A stretch of DNA of 64,000 nucleotides, taken from Methanotrichaceae archaeon (GTDB taxonomy: Archaea > Halobacteriota > Methanosarcinia > Methanotrichales > Methanotrichaceae). Each line of letters opens with the position of its first letter. The stretch's first letter is position 1. This document shows positions 63,217 to 64,000 of this stretch, piece by piece. The notes under the pieces were generated by a model. It did no database searches. It was not told the DNA's origin and worked only from the letters and a program-made list of their open reading frames with translations. Location of the stretch: positions 15,432-79,431 of the forward strand of contig CAWEXU010000009.1 in assembly GCA_963813075.1 (NCBI GenBank). Reading direction: 5' to 3'. The position numbers and the translations under genes were made by a program.

Positions 63217-64000
63217 ATGCTCAAGCTTACCGCTTATGTCTCTGGAAAGGTGCAGATGGCTGAATACAGCTCGAAGGTAGTGACCATAGCTCGCGTCTTT
63301 GGCCTCAAGGGATATGTGATGAACCTGCCCGACAGCAGGGTGAAGATCATTGCAGTGGGCCATAAAGCTGATTTGGAGAGATTCCTTCGAGCCGTCAGGA
63401 TCAAAAACACCTTGATCGACGTGGAGGATATTGAAACGGAATTTTCTGAGGCAAATGGATCTTACGAAGAATTTTTTAAAATCGCGGGAGAAGGGGAGAC
63501 TGACGCCCGCCTGGACCAGGCGGCAGAGTATCTCAAAGAGCTGATATCTGCCGTGAGAGAAGGATTCAGGGATAACGGTTTAAAGCTCGATAGCATGAGC
63601 TCGAAGCTGGATAGCGTGGACTCCTCCTTAAATGAGATCTCTGGAAAACAGGATGACCTAAAAGAGGCGATTACAGAAGGCTTCCGGGAGACTGGCTCCT
63701 CCTTAAAAGAGATCTCTGGAAAACAGGATGACCTAAAAGAGGCAATTACAGAAGGCTTCCGGGAGACTGGCTCCTCCTTAAAAGAGATCTCTGGAAAACA
63801 GGATGAACTAAAGAGGCGGTTACAGAAGGCTTCCGGGAGACTGGCTCCTCCTTAAAAGAGATCTCTGGAAAACAGGATGATCTAAAAGAGGCGATTAAAG
63901 AAGGCTTCCGGGAGACTGGCTCCTGCTTGAAAGATATCTCTGGGAAACAGGATGAACTAAAAGAGGCGGTTAAAGAAGGCTTCCGGGAGACTGGCTCCTC
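63217..64000 (+). CDS. Acylphosphatase-like domain with coiled-coil repeats (runs off the window)
   Basis: VSGKVQ, GLKGYVMNLPD; 1-nt slip in repeat 3 near 63811. Confidence 0.78.
63621..64000 (+). repeat. 75-bp coding tandem repeat, at least 5 copies
   Basis: Unit encodes SSLKEISGKQDDLKEAITEGFRETG. Confidence 0.95.

Noticed and set aside
63621..64000. CRISPR array
   Set aside because: Contiguous 75-bp in-frame units with no unique spacers; no cas genes
1..64000. Pyrrolysine or selenocysteine readthrough
   Set aside because: Split genes change frame rather than continuing past an in-frame TAG/TGA

Overview
Archaeal methanogen chromosome segment, most consistent with Methanothrix (Methanosaeta) judging from gene content and the lineage-type secreted families; this assignment is inference. 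Core blocks: cimA-ilvB-ilvN-ilvC; the MCR-activation cluster atwA-mmp3-6-5-15-17-7; aIF1A-rio1-KH; tRNA-Val(CAC), uppS, intron-containing tRNA-Arg(GCG) and surE; hisA-hisB; pspA-pspAA; gatCAB. Accessory blocks: tandem secreted-protein families, a bacterial-type TelA/vWA operon, a bacterial-type Hfq, a MITE-like element, tandem GNATs, a GH13 locus and a baeRF1-like release-factor paralogue. The right end is mobile: IS200/IS605 (tnpA+tnpB), a CHAT fragment with a duplicated C-terminal tail around a TA module, and an acylphosphatase-like gene with 75-bp repeats. Many accessory genes carry single-base frameshifts, which may be sequencing indels. The most notable signals are a CUG-initiated aIF1A behind a structured leader, a candidate amyloid-sheath secreted cluster, the swapped CHAT C-terminus, and Hfq.
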